DNA from: Gekko japonicus
Lineage: Eukaryota
Reading direction: 5' to 3'
Length of the DNA: 64,000 bases
NCBI RefSeq assembly: GCF_001447785.1
Contig: NW_015163095.1
Span: 1,290,281 to 1,354,280, forward strand
Position numbers and translations under genes: made by a program. Shown here piece by piece: positions 49,701 through 61,790 of this stretch (within the stretch, counting starts at the first letter, position 1; each line of letters starts with the position of its first letter). Under the pieces are notes generated by a model, which searched no databases, was not told where the DNA came from, and saw only the letters and a program-made list of their open reading frames with translations.

Positions 49701-52700
49701 CATGCAAAATATCCACTGGTGGAAGGGATTTCTGTCAGCAAAGCAAAACTCCTCTGTGTCCCCCTCCCACTGCAGCCCCAAATGCCCCTGAAAGGCTGCT
49801 CCTGGGAAACGGGACCCCTAGGAAGAGCATCAGTGGGGAGCCAGAAATCTGCTGCAAGAGGGGGGAACTGATTCAGATTCCTGCCTGTCTGTTAGCGGAA
49901 ATTTTCCACTGGATCCAACCCAGAATTTGCCATCATCTATTCTATGCATTCAGTCAATGAACCTGTTGATTTTCTGTAGGACCCAAGTAATTCTTAATAT
50001 ACTTTTCTCTTCCCTCTTTCATTATTTTTGAGAGAAATTATGTACAGGCTCTGAAAATTTGATCTATCTGCCTCATATTGAAAGCGTATCCCCAGAGAAT
50101 ATCTGTCAAGTTTTCATGCTTGCTTTCACAGTCAGTCTTACTTTGCTCTGGAGTATGTCCCAGTTTCCATCTCTAGTTTGTCAATACTGAATTCACTGGC
50201 TGATAATCTACTTTTTGGTGTCATATGGCTATCTATTAGAGCAGTAGTTTTTTTTAGCTGTACAAAGCGACCCGACTTGTTGGAGTTTTGGTTTGTTCTT
50301 GTTGGCAATTTGTATATTGCTGTTGCTGGATGAGACATTTGATCACTGTTCCCAGCCTGGCAGATATCCTATGTATATCTCACTAGTTCAACAGTCTCCA
50401 GAAAGAGATTGAAGAGCGCAGCAGCGACATTGAGGGCTTGAAGGCAGAGCAGCAAAAGCTGCAAGGAGTCATTAAGGCCTTAGAAAAGGATATCCTGGGG
50501 CTGAAGAGGGAGATTCAAGAAAGGGATGAGACAATTCAAGACAAGGTGAGACATTTGGGAGGTTAATTTTGTACCTGCTCTGTTTGTTTCACCCCTTCAT
50601 CCCCAGCTGGTTTTGGTGCCCACATCTCTACTTGGCAGAAAAGACCTGGCTGTGTAAACAAGGCCTCTGTATTCTTGTCTTCCAGGCTAGATATTAATCT
50701 GGGCCTCTGTCCCTCCTTATGACATTGCTCCACACAAATCACTTTTCTCTCACCCCATTACCCCTGTTGATAATAAGGATGAGGGTGTGTAAGGTCCCTG
50801 TTTCTCTTCAGACACTTCTCACTTATGTGCCTGTTTATGTGTCCCAGGAGAAGCGAATTTATGATCTGAAGAAGAAAAACCAGGAGCTGGAAAAATTCAA
50901 ATTTGTACTAGATTACAAGATAAAGGAATTGAAGAAGCAAATAGAGCCACGAGAGAATGATATCAAAGCCATGAAGGAGCAGATTCAGGAGGTGAGCAGC
51001 TCTGCGTCTCAGTATGCTTGAAGGTCAGATGGGATCACAGGTCTTCTTTACAGTTGTATCTTTTCTCATGCATCTGTATAGATGGAGGGAGAACTGGAGT
51101 GTTTCCACAAGCAGAACACACGGCAAGAACTTAACATTGCAGAACTGCGGCTGAAGTTGAGAGCCACAGACCGGGAGATGCACAGAGAGATGCAGAAGGT
51201 TTGTTTAGCAGGAGTGGTGAGAGCACAGAGGTGGGGATTATGTTATTAACAATGATACAGAATCAGTGGGGTGGGCTGATATTAGTTGCTATAAGAGTTC
51301 TGGGTAATGTGAAACACATGAACATTCTTTTACTAAAGAGGCTGGTATGAAAAGGATATAATTTGTATGCTAATGATGTCTGAATCCTGATCTACTATTA
51401 GTATTTATAACATCCCACCGCTGTTAATAGTCAGTTGTTCATTTGTTTTAAATGTACTATTTTCATTGAGTATATTTGAGTAACAAAGTAGTCTTATATT
51501 TTAAAAATGAATACACCTATTATCAGTAGTAATAGGCTATTTTTGGTCCTTTGCAGGCTCAGGTATATATAGAATCATACAATCACAGCCTTGGAAGGGG
51601 CCATACAGGCCATCTAGTCCAACCCGCTGCTCAGTGCAGGATCAGCCTAGAGCATCCCTGACAAGTGTTTGTCCAGCTGCTGCTTAAAGACTGCCAGTGA
51701 GGGGGAGCTCACCACCTCCCGAGGCAGCTGATTCCACTGTTGCACAACTCTTACTGTAAAAATGTTTTTCCTAAGATCCAGCTGGTACCTTCCCACCCTT
51801 AATTTAAACCTATTATTGCGAGTCTTATCCTCAAATATAGTCAATGGCCTTTAAAGCTCCCTTTTCTTTTTTACAGTTCTGTAATTCAAATTGTATTTTT
51901 CTTCCACTGAGCCTGGTATTTGCATTTCCTGGTAGAAGAAGGCGATTCACACATGCTGAGCTGTTATCCAGTGATGGGATATCAATTGATGTACTTGCAT
52001 ATGTGAATTGGCTCAGTGTTCATTTATTAAGAGTAAGAGGGCTGGGAATATCCAAGGCCATATCTACCATTGTCTCTATGAGCTGGGTGCCCTTTGGCTG
52101 GAATGTATCTTGTAGACAGTATGCCAAGACTCCACTGGGACCAGAACAAGGAAGTCTAACCCACAAACAATGTATTCTGATGAATCAAGCTTAAACATCT
52201 TCTTGCCTGCAGGAGCGAGACATGGAAGCACTTATCAAGCGATTTAAAACAGATCTTCACAACTGTGTGGGCCTCATCCAGGAGCCTAAGAAACTGAAGG
52301 AGAGCATTAGGGATATTTATGAGAAGTACGTTCAGAAGGCAGATATGGTGAGTCCGAGTTCTCCTTTCTGCAGAAATTCCCCATCTTATCTCCTTGTAAT
52401 GGACCCCAAAGCCATTGAAGTCCAAACTATTATTTGGAAGTAACTGCTTCCCCTGGGTAGTTGTACTGACTCAAACCAAGCAAACAATACAATAACCTCT
52501 AACATCCTGGCAAGCCTGCCAGAAAATACATAGGTTCCAGGATGTTACTGCACTACAAGTAAACCATATCAGTTAAAATATAAGAAGAGTGTTTATTTAA
52601 ATGGGGAAAAGCTTTTTTTAAAAACATAGTATAAATTTTCAGACTTCAGTATTGAAGAAAAACAACTAAACTAGCTTGGAACTACATAACACCTGAAGAT

Positions 52701-55235
52701 TTCTCAGTTGCAAGGTGGGTACTAAGAAACATCCATAAGGAATCCAGGACAAAAAAAATAGGGTTCCAACATACAAAGCAAGGCACAAAAACCATGTTAA
52801 CTGTAGTACCCTGCCTTTTTTAAAAAAAAAAACCAACTGACCCACTACAGTTATACTCTTGTAGCCTTCAAATCAGGTGACTTCTGTTAACCCACAACAT
52901 GGCATGTATAGATAAATCTTCTCAAAGGGTGATGTCAGGGTTTTCCTTCACAGGTTCTCACAATCCTACTAATTGGAGCTCTAATTGGAAAACATCCCTA
53001 AACTTCACCACTACCTTGAACCAATAAAGATGGTTCAAGGAGAATACGGGAATCTGTCTGTTCCCAACAACAAATAGGCTACAGGTGCAAATAACCACTT
53101 CAGTAATTTTAACTACCCACGTTGTTAACCCTTAAGCACCACTTCAGTGGGGAGGGAGAGTCAAAACCTCTACACTTCTATTGTGTTCACTTCCCTTTTT
53201 TATCCAGGTGGAAATTGTGGGTGTTGACACAGACCTGCACCAGGAATACACGAGGCAGCGAGAACATCTCGAGCACAACCTGGCAACACTGAAGAAGAAG
53301 GTGATAAAGGAAAGTGAGCTCCATCGTGGAGACTATGTGCGCATCATGCAGGTATGAGAACGGGAACAAACAGGACTGCTTCACACCTGCAGTCTGCTAT
53401 AGAGGGGAAGGTTCAATATGCTCTATATAGACCCTTTTTGTACTTTCCCAGGATATTCAGAGACACCCCCCCCCCCAACCTGACAATAATTTCTAGATCT
53501 GGATTTAGAATATCTAGTGTCTCTTGAAGGGATGGTAGGGGTAGAAAGGGAACAGAGGACAATATATTTATTGGTTGGAGAAGATGTTATTGTAGGCCTG
53601 GTAGGTCTGGAGACCATACAGGCGCGGTCAGTTGTTTCATTCCTTCAAACCCTGCTTCATCTGCTCCAGTTATCCTTTGCCCTTGTAAATACAGTTTATC
53701 ACCACATTTTTGCTTATCAGGTCAGCATCTGTAGGGATGCTGTAGAAAAAATTATTCCGGATGTCTTGTGCCTTGATCCTACAGGAAAATGTGAGCCTCA
53801 TTAAGGAAATCAATGAATTGCGGAGAGAGCTGAAGGTCACTCGCACTCAAGTCCATGATCTTCAGTCAACACTAGGACTTCTTAATAAACGGAAGAAGCT
53901 ACCTGGACACTCCACAGGTGATTACTGTAGTTATTCGCCTCTTGTCCTTTACTTGCTTACAGGAAATGCTTCTTTCTCTCCCTCTTTCATTTTTTCCTTA
54001 GAGTTTCTGACATATGAAATCGATGATGTCTCATATTCAATCAGCATATGCTAGGATGAGCACATACAAGCTTTTGAGCTACAGAATGGAAATCCAGTTG
54101 ATTCTAAATCACCAGATTATTTACTAATGCAAATATTCAGTCACTTTAGTAGCACAACTATGAATACAGATATACTGTTCTAATGATAGTATCTTATGCA
54201 CTTGAATCACATCTATGGAGTATATTTACCATCAAGAGATTTGCAGTGAAACAGTGTAATGTAGTGAATAAAATGCAGTCATTTGTCCAAGGCTGTTACC
54301 ATGTCACTGATATCTATGGTGGTGATACACATAAAATGGGAGTCAGTATGAAGCCCTGTTGTGGTAGAACTTGCAAACAGGGGCAGACTGGCCATGTAAC
54401 GTAAATGACATTTCCCAGTGGCCCTCTTGCCCTGGTGGCTAGAGGAAAGCAGAGTCAGGTCTCAGTAGCTCTGCCAGCACTGCAGGGACCACTTGGCTTT
54501 TGATTCCTCAACAGCAACACTGATCAGTGTTAGCTCCCCAAACTCCTCATACAATGCTCCACTTTAAAGCAGTGAGCCCATGGGTGAGCCAATGCCAGTT
54601 TTAAATTTCCAGTTTGCCCCTTCTTGCAGTTATCCCTTAACCATACAGCCCAGTTTTGACTCTTGTCTGCTGGTATAAGGCCCTGGGGGGGGGGGGTGGA
54701 CAAAACTGCTGTTCCTGCTTCTGTCAGCAGAACTCCATTAACAGAAGAGGAAGGAGGGAGCAATTCCTCCCCCCTCCTCACTGCTGCCTACTAACCTGGG
54801 TAGTTATTACTCCATGCAGGTCCCACGACCCCAGAAATAAACTTTCCACATGTACATGCTCTACTACTGAGCCATGGCCCATCCTCCCATTACTAAGTAT
54901 GAGACAATCCATATTCTCCTTGTCTCTTTTCTGTTACATTTCTGGATACCCTTGTTCTAGGTCATTTCCCAGAAATATTTTCTGCAATTATCATCAAACA
55001 ATTTGACTTTCTGTTTCTTCCAGCTCCCTCTCCTGAAAGGCATCAGAGTCCAGGTATCCTGCGGCTGAATCCAGAGGAGGAAATGGAGAGGATAATCGAA
55101 ATGCAACAGATTGAAATCAAGTTTCTCCGAGATCAGATACGAGGGCAGGAAAGCCCCCTTGCACTCAGGGCTATCCCAGATGGGAAGCTTCCTGTGTTGG
55201 AGACTGAAAGGCGCAGTGGTGTACAGTCACAGTGA
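22751..55235 (+). CDS. CFAP57: Cilia- and flagella-associated protein 57 (WDR65): WD40 repeats plus C-terminal coiled coil, 1249 aa
   Basis: 22 coding exons: 22751-22907, 24769-25085, 27854-28140, 28660-28867, 29414-29566, 29763-29902, 31865-32030, 32622-32735, 37863-38075, 38355-38528, 44356-44517, 45297-45452 (GC donor), 45576-45669, 46460-46650, 48599-48772, 50387-50545, 50848-50991, 51082-51198, 52213-52347, 53208-53351, 53785-53917, 55024-55235. They sum to 3750 nt in one open frame ending TGA. Motifs [51 protein letters not shown]. Confidence 0.96.
23325..23657. mobile_element. hAT MITE, copy 2 (opposite orientation to 3054-3506, internally deleted)
   Basis: TIRs CAGGGGTTGTTTCG / CGAATCGACCTCTG; perfect 8-bp TSD ATTATACC (23317-23324, 23658-23665). 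Confidence 0.88.
23788..24241. mobile_element. PIF/Harbinger-like MITE, copy 1
   Basis: TIRs GGCCCCGGTCACA / TGTGACCGGGGCC; 3-bp TSD ATA; CpG-rich; related to 30212-30740. Confidence 0.75.
24242..24385 (-). mobile_element. CR1 3' fragment
   Basis: ATAGAATTGTAGAATGTTAGAGCTGGAAGGGACCTTGCAGGTCATCAAGTCCAACCCC. Confidence 0.7.
26139..26550 (-). mobile_element. CR1 LINE 3' end including the ORF2 C-terminus
   Basis: TRGHSMKL...[25 protein letters not shown]...FKRELDKHM plus ACATAAGAACATAAGA tail. Confidence 0.88.
29170..29240 (+). mobile_element. Short BovB 3' fragment
   Basis: GGAGGACAGAAGGGCCTGGCGTGATGTGGTCCATGGGGTTGTGAAGAGTCGGATTCGACTG matches the BovB 3' end at 39100-39170. Confidence 0.65.
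30212..30740. mobile_element. PIF/Harbinger-like MITE, copy 2
   Basis: Termini GGCTGCGGTCACAC / GTGTGACCGGGGCC, flanked by TAA / TAT; shares the palindrome ACTAGTACCTCGGAGGTACTAGT and TGATCGCGTTTCCGG with 23788-24241. Confidence 0.72.
32164..32470. mobile_element. hAT (Charlie-like) MITE
   Basis: Perfect TIR CAGGGGTGGCCAAACT; TSD TTCTAGGC / TTCTAGGT. Confidence 0.85.
34735..37280 (-). mobile_element. 5'-truncated, degenerate L1 LINE (ORF2 RT and C-terminal Cys domain)
   Basis: [39 protein letters not shown] across frameshifted ORFs; A-rich tail at ~34735-34770; TSD GAAGCCTATAGG (34723-34734, 37281-37292). Confidence 0.92.
37442..37775. mobile_element. hAT (Charlie-like) MITE
   Basis: TIRs CAGTTGCTCTTAACC / GGTTAAGAACCCCTG; perfect TSD CACTAGTA. 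Confidence 0.85.
39091..42254 (-). mobile_element. Apparently full-length BovB (RTE clade) LINE, degenerate
   Basis: AP endonuclease and RT fragments ([55 protein letters not shown]); BovB 5' motif CCACTGGAGAAGGAAATGGCAACCCACTCCA; (CAA)n tail; 12-bp TSD AAAAAAGCAAAT (39079-39090, 42255-42266). Confidence 0.94.
42290..42780 (-). mobile_element. Non-LTR retrotransposon ORF2 C-terminal fragment (RTE-X-like; clade tentative)
   Basis: [21 protein letters not shown]...ERVCPC...[14 protein letters not shown] zinc-knuckle-type tail. Confidence 0.6.
43014..43218. mobile_element. hAT MITE
   Basis: TIRs CAGTGTTACCTCTAAGCTG / CAGCTTAGAGGGAGTATTG; TSD CTCCTAGG / CTTCTAGG. Confidence 0.8.
44045..44318 (-). 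mobile_element. BovB 3' fragment
   Basis: [35 protein letters not shown]...WLD with (CAA)n tail; homologous to 39091-39360. Confidence 0.9.
46965..47372. mobile_element. Old MITE-like element with degenerate ~100-bp inverted arms
   Basis: ACTCACCTTAAAAAG...TTCACTCAGTGCTG versus CAGCACTGAGTGAAC...TTTTAGGTGAGT, and CTGGACTCACA versus TGTGAGTCCAG. Confidence 0.55.
47942..48292 (+). mobile_element. Full-length Sauria SINE
   Basis: tRNA-like head GGAGCTGCGGTGGCTCAAGTGGTTAAG, Sauria body, (ACCTTT)n tail; 14-bp TSD CTTTTAGTACTGAG (47925-47938, 48308-48321). Confidence 0.9.
49140..49620 (-). mobile_element. Highly degraded L2-like LINE internal fragment
   Basis: Remnant blocks CCATGTAAGGCTTTAGAGGTAAC, GCTGCAGCATTCT, GGCAGCCCCATGTA, GGAGGTTACCAG resemble antisense L2 ORF2; no intact ORF. 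Confidence 0.45.
49690..49921. mobile_element. Small MITE-like element
   Basis: Inverted termini GGGTTGGATCC / GGATCCAACCC; TSD not resolved. Confidence 0.45.
51568..51835 (-). mobile_element. CR1 LINE 3' end
   Basis: TRNNRFKL...[40 protein letters not shown] plus ATAGAATCATACAATC tail. Confidence 0.88.
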
Positions 55236-55380
55236 TCTGTGTTTGGGAAGCCTCACATCACAGCTGTGCAAGTGTTATCTGCTCTGCAATGTTAAGACTC
55301 AGTCCTGTCTTCCCACTCTCCCCAGATGTTTTGTTTTAGCATCTCTATTTTTTTGAGAGAAGCAGAAAGTGGAAGGAAAC

Positions 55381-55386
55381 AATAAA
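55381..55386 (+). terminator. Polyadenylation signal of CFAP57
   Basis: AATAAA about 145 nt after the stop codon. Confidence 0.6.
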
Positions 55387-56328
55387 TAAGGCAGGCTGGA
55401 TTTGTCTGTGTATGCAAATATGGGCAAGTTGCCAGGAAGAAGAACTGAGTGAAAAGAGTAGGCAGGGAAGGAAGCTGGAAGTTGACAAGTGAGGCTAAAA
55501 CACCACTTGAGAGGGGGACCTCCACACCAGAGTGGAGATTCGAACCTGGCTTTCCCAGATCCTAGTCTGACATTAACCACTACACCACATTGGCCCTCGT
55601 CCAATTGTCCACTCATTCTCTTAGATCCTACTCTGTACCAACTTTTTCTTCTGTACATTTTAGATCTTCGTTGTGGTCTCTGTGCTTCACACCCATGGGA
55701 TCTAGTGCGCATGCGCTGGATCGATAGGCATTGTAGCAAGCTCTTTTACCGGATTTTCGCGCCCAGACCTCGGGCATGCGCAGGAACCCCACCGCGCATG
55801 CCCAGAGGGGAGGGTGCGGACATCCCGCCAGTTCCTTTCTTACCACTGCGTTGGAAAGACCTCTTTCTCGTCGGTCTGATCGGTTCTCTTTTTTTGGCTT
55901 TTGCCTCACGGCTCTTCGGATTTTTCCTCACTTTATCCTTTTTTCTTCAGTGTTTCTTTGTTTGTTCTTTAAAAAACTTTATTTTACAACTGAGGGGGAA
56001 GTTGCCGGTTTACCTCAGTGTGGCCTTCGGGGTTCCCCCCCCCCCTTCTTTCTTCTTTCATTGTTTATTTTTATGGAGAAGAAGTGGGGCTTTTTTAACC
56101 GGTGCAAGGGTTGTGGCCGTAAACGTACTCCACCTGGCCATCACACCCTGTGTATTTTTTGTCTGGGAGAGTCTCATCAACCTGAGTCCTGTTGCGACTG
56201 CGCTCACTTTTCCAACCAGACACGAAAAAATAGAGCTGCGCGCCTTAAAGTGGCGCTCCTTGAGTTGGCGTTGTATCTTCCCACAATGATGGAGTCCAGG
56301 AGGCCTTCGACATCGACTGCTCTGGCAT

Positions 56329-56361
56329 NNNNNNNNNNNNNNNNNNNNNNNNNNNNNNNNN
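56329..56361. other. Assembly gap (33 N) within the DIRS gag region
   Basis: Run of n. Confidence 0.99.
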
Positions 56362-59300
56362 CGAATTAGAAACCACCGGCATCGAAGGCGCAGTCCTCCG
56401 CTTCCACGCTGGTGAAAAAGAAGGCCAAACCAAGTAAGGAGCACAAGTCCGCAAAGAAGGACTCCTTTAAGTCCCTTAAGGCGGCAAAGAAGGGGAAGGT
56501 AGCGGTGTCTGCACTGGGTGATGCCCCTAAAGTGCCTCCCGCTCCAATGGCAGTATCGATACCGGAGGCCCAATTCCCTCCACTGATACCAACCATTCAA
56601 TTATTGGACTCCCCTATACACCAATTGGAGCATCCTTACTCCGACATCGAGATGGTAGAGCTCAAGTCATCAGATGGATGCAGAGCCTTCTCCCTCTCCC
56701 TCCCCGTCGTCAACATCGACGGTATCAGAGGCTCCTGAAATCGATTCCCGTCGGGATCGACATACTTCTAACAGCACGCAGTGTCACTCTCCACGTCTGC
56801 ATGTTCAATCTGTTGATATCGACGACCGGGATTACAGAGACTACTCTCAAAGGCAGGCTTCCGCCTTGTCTCTGAGACGTCCACGGTCCAGAAGTCGATC
56901 CCCCCGAGTCTTTCTACCCCCCCACCACCTCTGTCTTGGGATCAACGACAGCTTAGATATCTTTATGGGGGTTATCCACTATCCATGCCATGGCTGACTC
57001 TGGCGGGATATTCCAACTGGGATCGTTATTCGTCCCACTCTGCCCACAGATCAAGGTCGCCCTACAGGTCAAGACCTTCGGCATCTTTGTCGCGTCCTCC
57101 TGCCGACGACCCTTCCCACCACGATCCGGAACCTAGTTGTTCGTCAAATCCCCAAGTAGTACCACCTAAACCATTAATCAGTCAAACTGAGGTCACTCCG
57201 GTCCAAATACCACACCAAGATTCCTCTGATTCTGTGGAAGAGTATTCGGATACCGAAGCCTCCGAGGTTCATACCTCTCCTGACCATAAGTCTCCTGATC
57301 AGGCTGTCGCTGACAATCTACCCATATCCCCATCTGACAATCTCACGTCATATACAGATCTCATCAAAAGAATGGCCCATTCTCTAGGCCTCTCGGTCGT
57401 CCAACAGCACCCTCAGGTGTCTGATGCAGTTTCCAATATCATACAGCTCGATACCTCTGCCACTTTGGCGTTACCGATGTCTACAGTCCTTCTACAAGCC
57501 GCTAAGGCACCGTGGGAGAAGCCTTCGTCAGCCCCAGTGTCAACAAGACACCTGGATCACATGTACAGAGTCCAGGAAACTGGAGCTGAATTTTTATTCT
57601 CCCACCCTCAACCAAATTCTATGGTTGTAACCTCCTCCTCCAAATCTAAAAGAACTCACTCTATACCTTCTGACAGGGAAAGTAAGAAATTGGATGCCTT
57701 TGGCAGACGCTTCTACTCTACAGGAGCATTGGGAGTGAAAACCACAAATTACTTGGCCTGCATGAGCAGATATCAATACACTCTGTGGGAAAGGTTTTCT
57801 GAAATCCTAACTCACCTTCCTGAAGATAAACTATAGACAGCCAGAGCTATTCAAAAGGAAGGCATGGTGTTGGCAAAACAGCAGATCAACACTTCAAAAC
57901 ATGCCCTAGATGCCCCTCAAGAACGAAGGCCTCTGCAATAGCTCTGAGGAGACATTCCTGGCTCTGTAATACCAGTCTACCTATAGATACTAGGTCTTAT
58001 GTCAAAGACCTTTCATTTGATGGCCTCGGTCTCTTTAACAGCACTACCGATTCCATACTCCAGGATATGGATAAGAGTATAAAGGCTTCTCGGGCTCTGG
58101 GAGTGTCATCCTCTGTGAGACAACAATACTGTCCTTGCACCCGGTCCAGGCCCTGGCAAAGGCATACCCCAAGTCATCAGTCTCCTGACAGACAATGGAG
58201 ACCGCGGACTTCTTCAGGAGCCCAAAAACCCACCTTCCAAAAACCACGGTTTGGATCTGGGCAAAACTCTTCTCGCACCAAACAGGCTAAACCCTCCAAA
58301 CAGGGTTTTTGACTTCCCTCTCACTGAGTTAGTGCAAACCCGTATATCACCCTTCCTTCACACCTAGCATCATATCACCTCAGACGAATGGGTACTATCC
58401 ATCTTGACCTGAGGCTACCGTATCCAATTCCACCAGAACCCTATTACTCCTGTCGTTGTCTCCACACCCCCTTCCCCACCTCTCCTGGAAGAGGTTTCCG
58501 TCCTTCTGCACAAGGGAGACATTGAGCCGGTACCACCTCATTTGCAGAGGAAAGGATTCTATTCCCGCTATTTTACAGTTCCAAAGCGGGATGGAGGCGT
58601 TCGACCCATATTAGATCTAAGGGCACTGAACTGTTTTGTGACCTACCACCATTTCCGCATGGTGTCCCTGCAACAGATTATGCCGCTCCTCCAAAAACAT
58701 GTCTGGATGGCCACCCTCGACCTCCAAGACTCGTACTTCCACCTCACCATCCACCCCTCCCACCGCCAATACCTACACTTTGCAATTGGTCAACAGTATT
58801 ACCAATATGCGGCCCTGCCATTCAGCCTGTCAAGCGCCTCAAGGGTCTTTACAAAGACTATGATTGTCGTTGCAGCCTTTCTCTGTCTCAGGGATATCTC
58901 CATCTACCCCTATATTGACGATTGGCGCCTGGTAGCGCCTTCAAAGAACGCCCTGGTCTCAAACATCACCGAGACGTTGGCACTATTAGAAAATTTAGGC
59001 CCCCAGGTCAATCACGAGAAGTCTCATTTGCGTCCAGTCCAACAAATACAGTACATCAGTGCTGTACTGGATTCCAAGACATGCATGGCTTACCTGCCAC
59101 AAGACAGAGCAGCAGACATCATTTCCCTAACCAATGTCGTCCTTACCCAGCCTTCAATCACGGCTTTCCAAATTCAGAGGCTTCTCGGCCTCATGGCCGC
59201 AACTACGTCGGTCCTCGTCTTTGGCAGACTAAAGATGCGTCATCTACAACTGTGGTTTATCCACAAGTATGTCCCAATGAAAAACGCACATACTGCTAAC

Positions 59301-59991
59301 CCCTCCTCCCAACATATGAGACTCGTTACTTTGGTGGACTGTCCCTTCCAATCTCTTCCAGGGAGCACCTTTCCATCTTCCATCACCCCAAATCACCCTG
59401 ACCACGAATGCTTCCCTGTCGGGCTGGGGTGCTCACATGATGGGCATGTGTGTGGGAGGCAAGTGGAACACCCACGAACGAGGTCGACACATAAACTTCC
59501 TGGAACTGCTTGCAATACAGTTCGCTGTCAAGAGTTTCTTACCACTGATCAAGGAGAAATGTGTTACGGTCCTCACGGACAACACCACTGCACTCGCTTA
59601 TGTCAACAAGCAAGGAGGCACGGTCTCCCTATGTCTCTGCAACCTTGCCATCCAGTTATAGGACTTTTGCATCACCCAGTTATAGGACTTTTGCATCACC
59701 CACGACATCTTCTTGACAGCCACGCACATCCCAGGACACATGAATGTGCAGGCAGACCATCTAAGTCGAGCAGGGCTCAGTCTCCACGAGTGGGAAATGA
59801 ACCCAACCTACCTCCTCCCACTCTTCCGCAGGTGGGGAGCTCCCCAAGTCGATGTTTTTGCCACCAGAGCCAACAAAAAGTGTCCTCTGTTTCGCAGCCG
59901 AGGAGGCAGGGACTCACATTCCCTAGGAGACGGTCTCCTTTATCCTTGGTCCAAGAACTCCTTTACCTGTTCCCTCCCTTGCCCATGCTTC

Positions 59992-60775
59992 TTTTTTTTT
60001 ACATCATTTATTTAGGTTTTTTCCATAACAAAAATTTACACAAAAATATATTCATTTACATCCTATTTTGAGTATTCTTTACACTTTTTTTCCCAACCAT
60101 CTGTCTACTTTCTGCCATCTTTTTAAAAACACATTCTCTTCCTTTCCCAACAATATCATGCTTACTTTATCCATTTCTTTTATTTCCATAACTTTTGTAA
60201 TTAATTCTTCTCTGTTAGGTATTTTATCTGTTTTCCAACATTTAGCTATAAGAATTCTGGAACTAGTAAGGATGTATAGTATCAGGCGTAAATCATTATG
60301 TTTTATACCTTGTGGTAATATATTCAACAGATATATTTCTGGATCCAACGGAAGTTCTATTTCAACTATCTCTATAATTAATTGTTCTTTCGCTTTCCAA
60401 AATTTAACCAGTTTTTCGTACCTCCACCATATATGATCATACAAACCAATATTTCTTTTACATCGCCAGCAGTTTCCTGACACATTTTTATAACATTTTG
60501 CTACCTTATCAGGTGTCCAGTGCCACCTGTAGAACATTTTTAAAATGTTTTCTTTATATGGTGTAGCTCTTAATAATTTCGTTGAACCCCACATTTTAGA
60601 CCATTTCTCTAGGCTTATGCTATTTCCCACATCTTTCATCCACTTCTCCATACATGGTTTTATTGTTTCCGCTTGCCATCTCCTCATTTAAGAGGAAATT
60701 ATATATTTTTTGTATCATTTTATCTGCCGATGACAACCAAATGTTATCTAAATCCTATTTTGTTTTTGCAAAATT
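59992..60775 (-). mobile_element. 5'-truncated L1-clade LINE nested in DIRS
   Basis: ORF2 C-terminus (YRWHWTP, CWRC...GLYDHIWW); poly-A as a T-run at 59992-60000; 17-bp TSD TCCCTT(G/A)CCCATGCTTC (59975-59991, 60776-60792). Confidence 0.9.
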
Positions 60776-60951
60776 TCCCTTACCCATGCTTCTGAGAGTG
60801 GTCCGCAAAATCGTCAAAGACAGCGCGGACTTCATATTGATAACTGTACGGTGGCCGAGGCAACCATGGTTCTCGACCATCCTCGAATTGTCCCTCCGGC
60901 ACAGGACCTCCTCTTCCTGTCCGACTCCCCTCTCCTACATCACAACATACC

Positions 60952-61790
60952 ATGCTTGAAACTGACAGCGTGGAGAATAACGTCAACAGTTTTTCCACCC
61001 GCGTAGTAAACGTTCTACTGAACGCCAGAAAACCTACTACGCAAAGGTCCTACCATTATAAATGGCAAAGGTTCTGTTCTTCCCATGGTGATGATGCCCC
61101 TCGAGCCACCTCCGCAGGTCTCGAGAAAGTTTTCCAATACCTCCTATCCCTCACTGACTCGGGACTTTCCCACTCATTGTTACGTGTTTATTTAACTGCC
61201 CTTTTGGCCTACCATGTTCAAGTTGACAGATACACACTGTTTTCCCATCCGCTTTCAAAACGTTTTTAAAAGGTGTATTGCATCTTTACCCTCCCATCAA
61301 AACTCCTGTCGTTCCCTGGGACCTTCCTCTAGTTCTTCGCCAGCTCACGAGGAAACCCTTTGAGCTACTCGCAACTTGCGATATGAAATGTCTGTCATGG
61401 AAGACGGCCTTTCTGGTTGCTGTCACCTCTGCAAGGCAAGTTGGAGAAATACTGGCTTTCAGGCATGACACGCCATACTTGTCCTTTTTGCCAGACGGCG
61501 TCCACCTCGTACCTGACATCTCGTTCCTGCCAAAGGTAGTGTCAGAATTCCACCTACAGGCAGAGGTCTTCCTCCCAGATTTCTTCCCGGCTCCGACATC
61601 CTCAGAGGACAGACTGTTACACACCTTAGATGTGAAGCGTGCGCTCCTGTTCTATCTGAACAGAACCCGTCCATCGAGACGTGACTCCCAACTATTCGTC
61701 TCTTATGCACCATCAAGGCTGGGGACTCGTCCGCAAAAACTCTAATACCAACATGGGATGTTGCATTCTATCTTCGGCTACGCAGTGAAG
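60952..61790 (+). pseudogene. DIRS tyrosine recombinase, disrupted
   Basis: ARKPTT..Y..KW..F, PWDLPLVL, LSWKTAFLVAVTSARQVGE, FLPKVVSEFH, LHTLDVKRALLFYL. In-frame stop at 61267-61269; HxxR and catalytic Tyr region missing. Confidence 0.85.

Noticed and set aside
53560-53770. Possible antisense terminal exon in a CFAP57 intron (acceptor-like CTACAG, short open frame, minus-strand AATAAA)
   Set aside because: Frame closes after ~35 codons, no recognisable protein family, and no partner exons found.
55489-56289. 266-aa hydrophobic ORF downstream of CFAP57 (TMEM125 follows CFAP57 in mammals)
   Set aside because: It spans a SINE remnant, the DIRS left ITR and the T-rich DIRS leader in a non-gag frame; no TMEM125-like coding sequence was recognised in the window.
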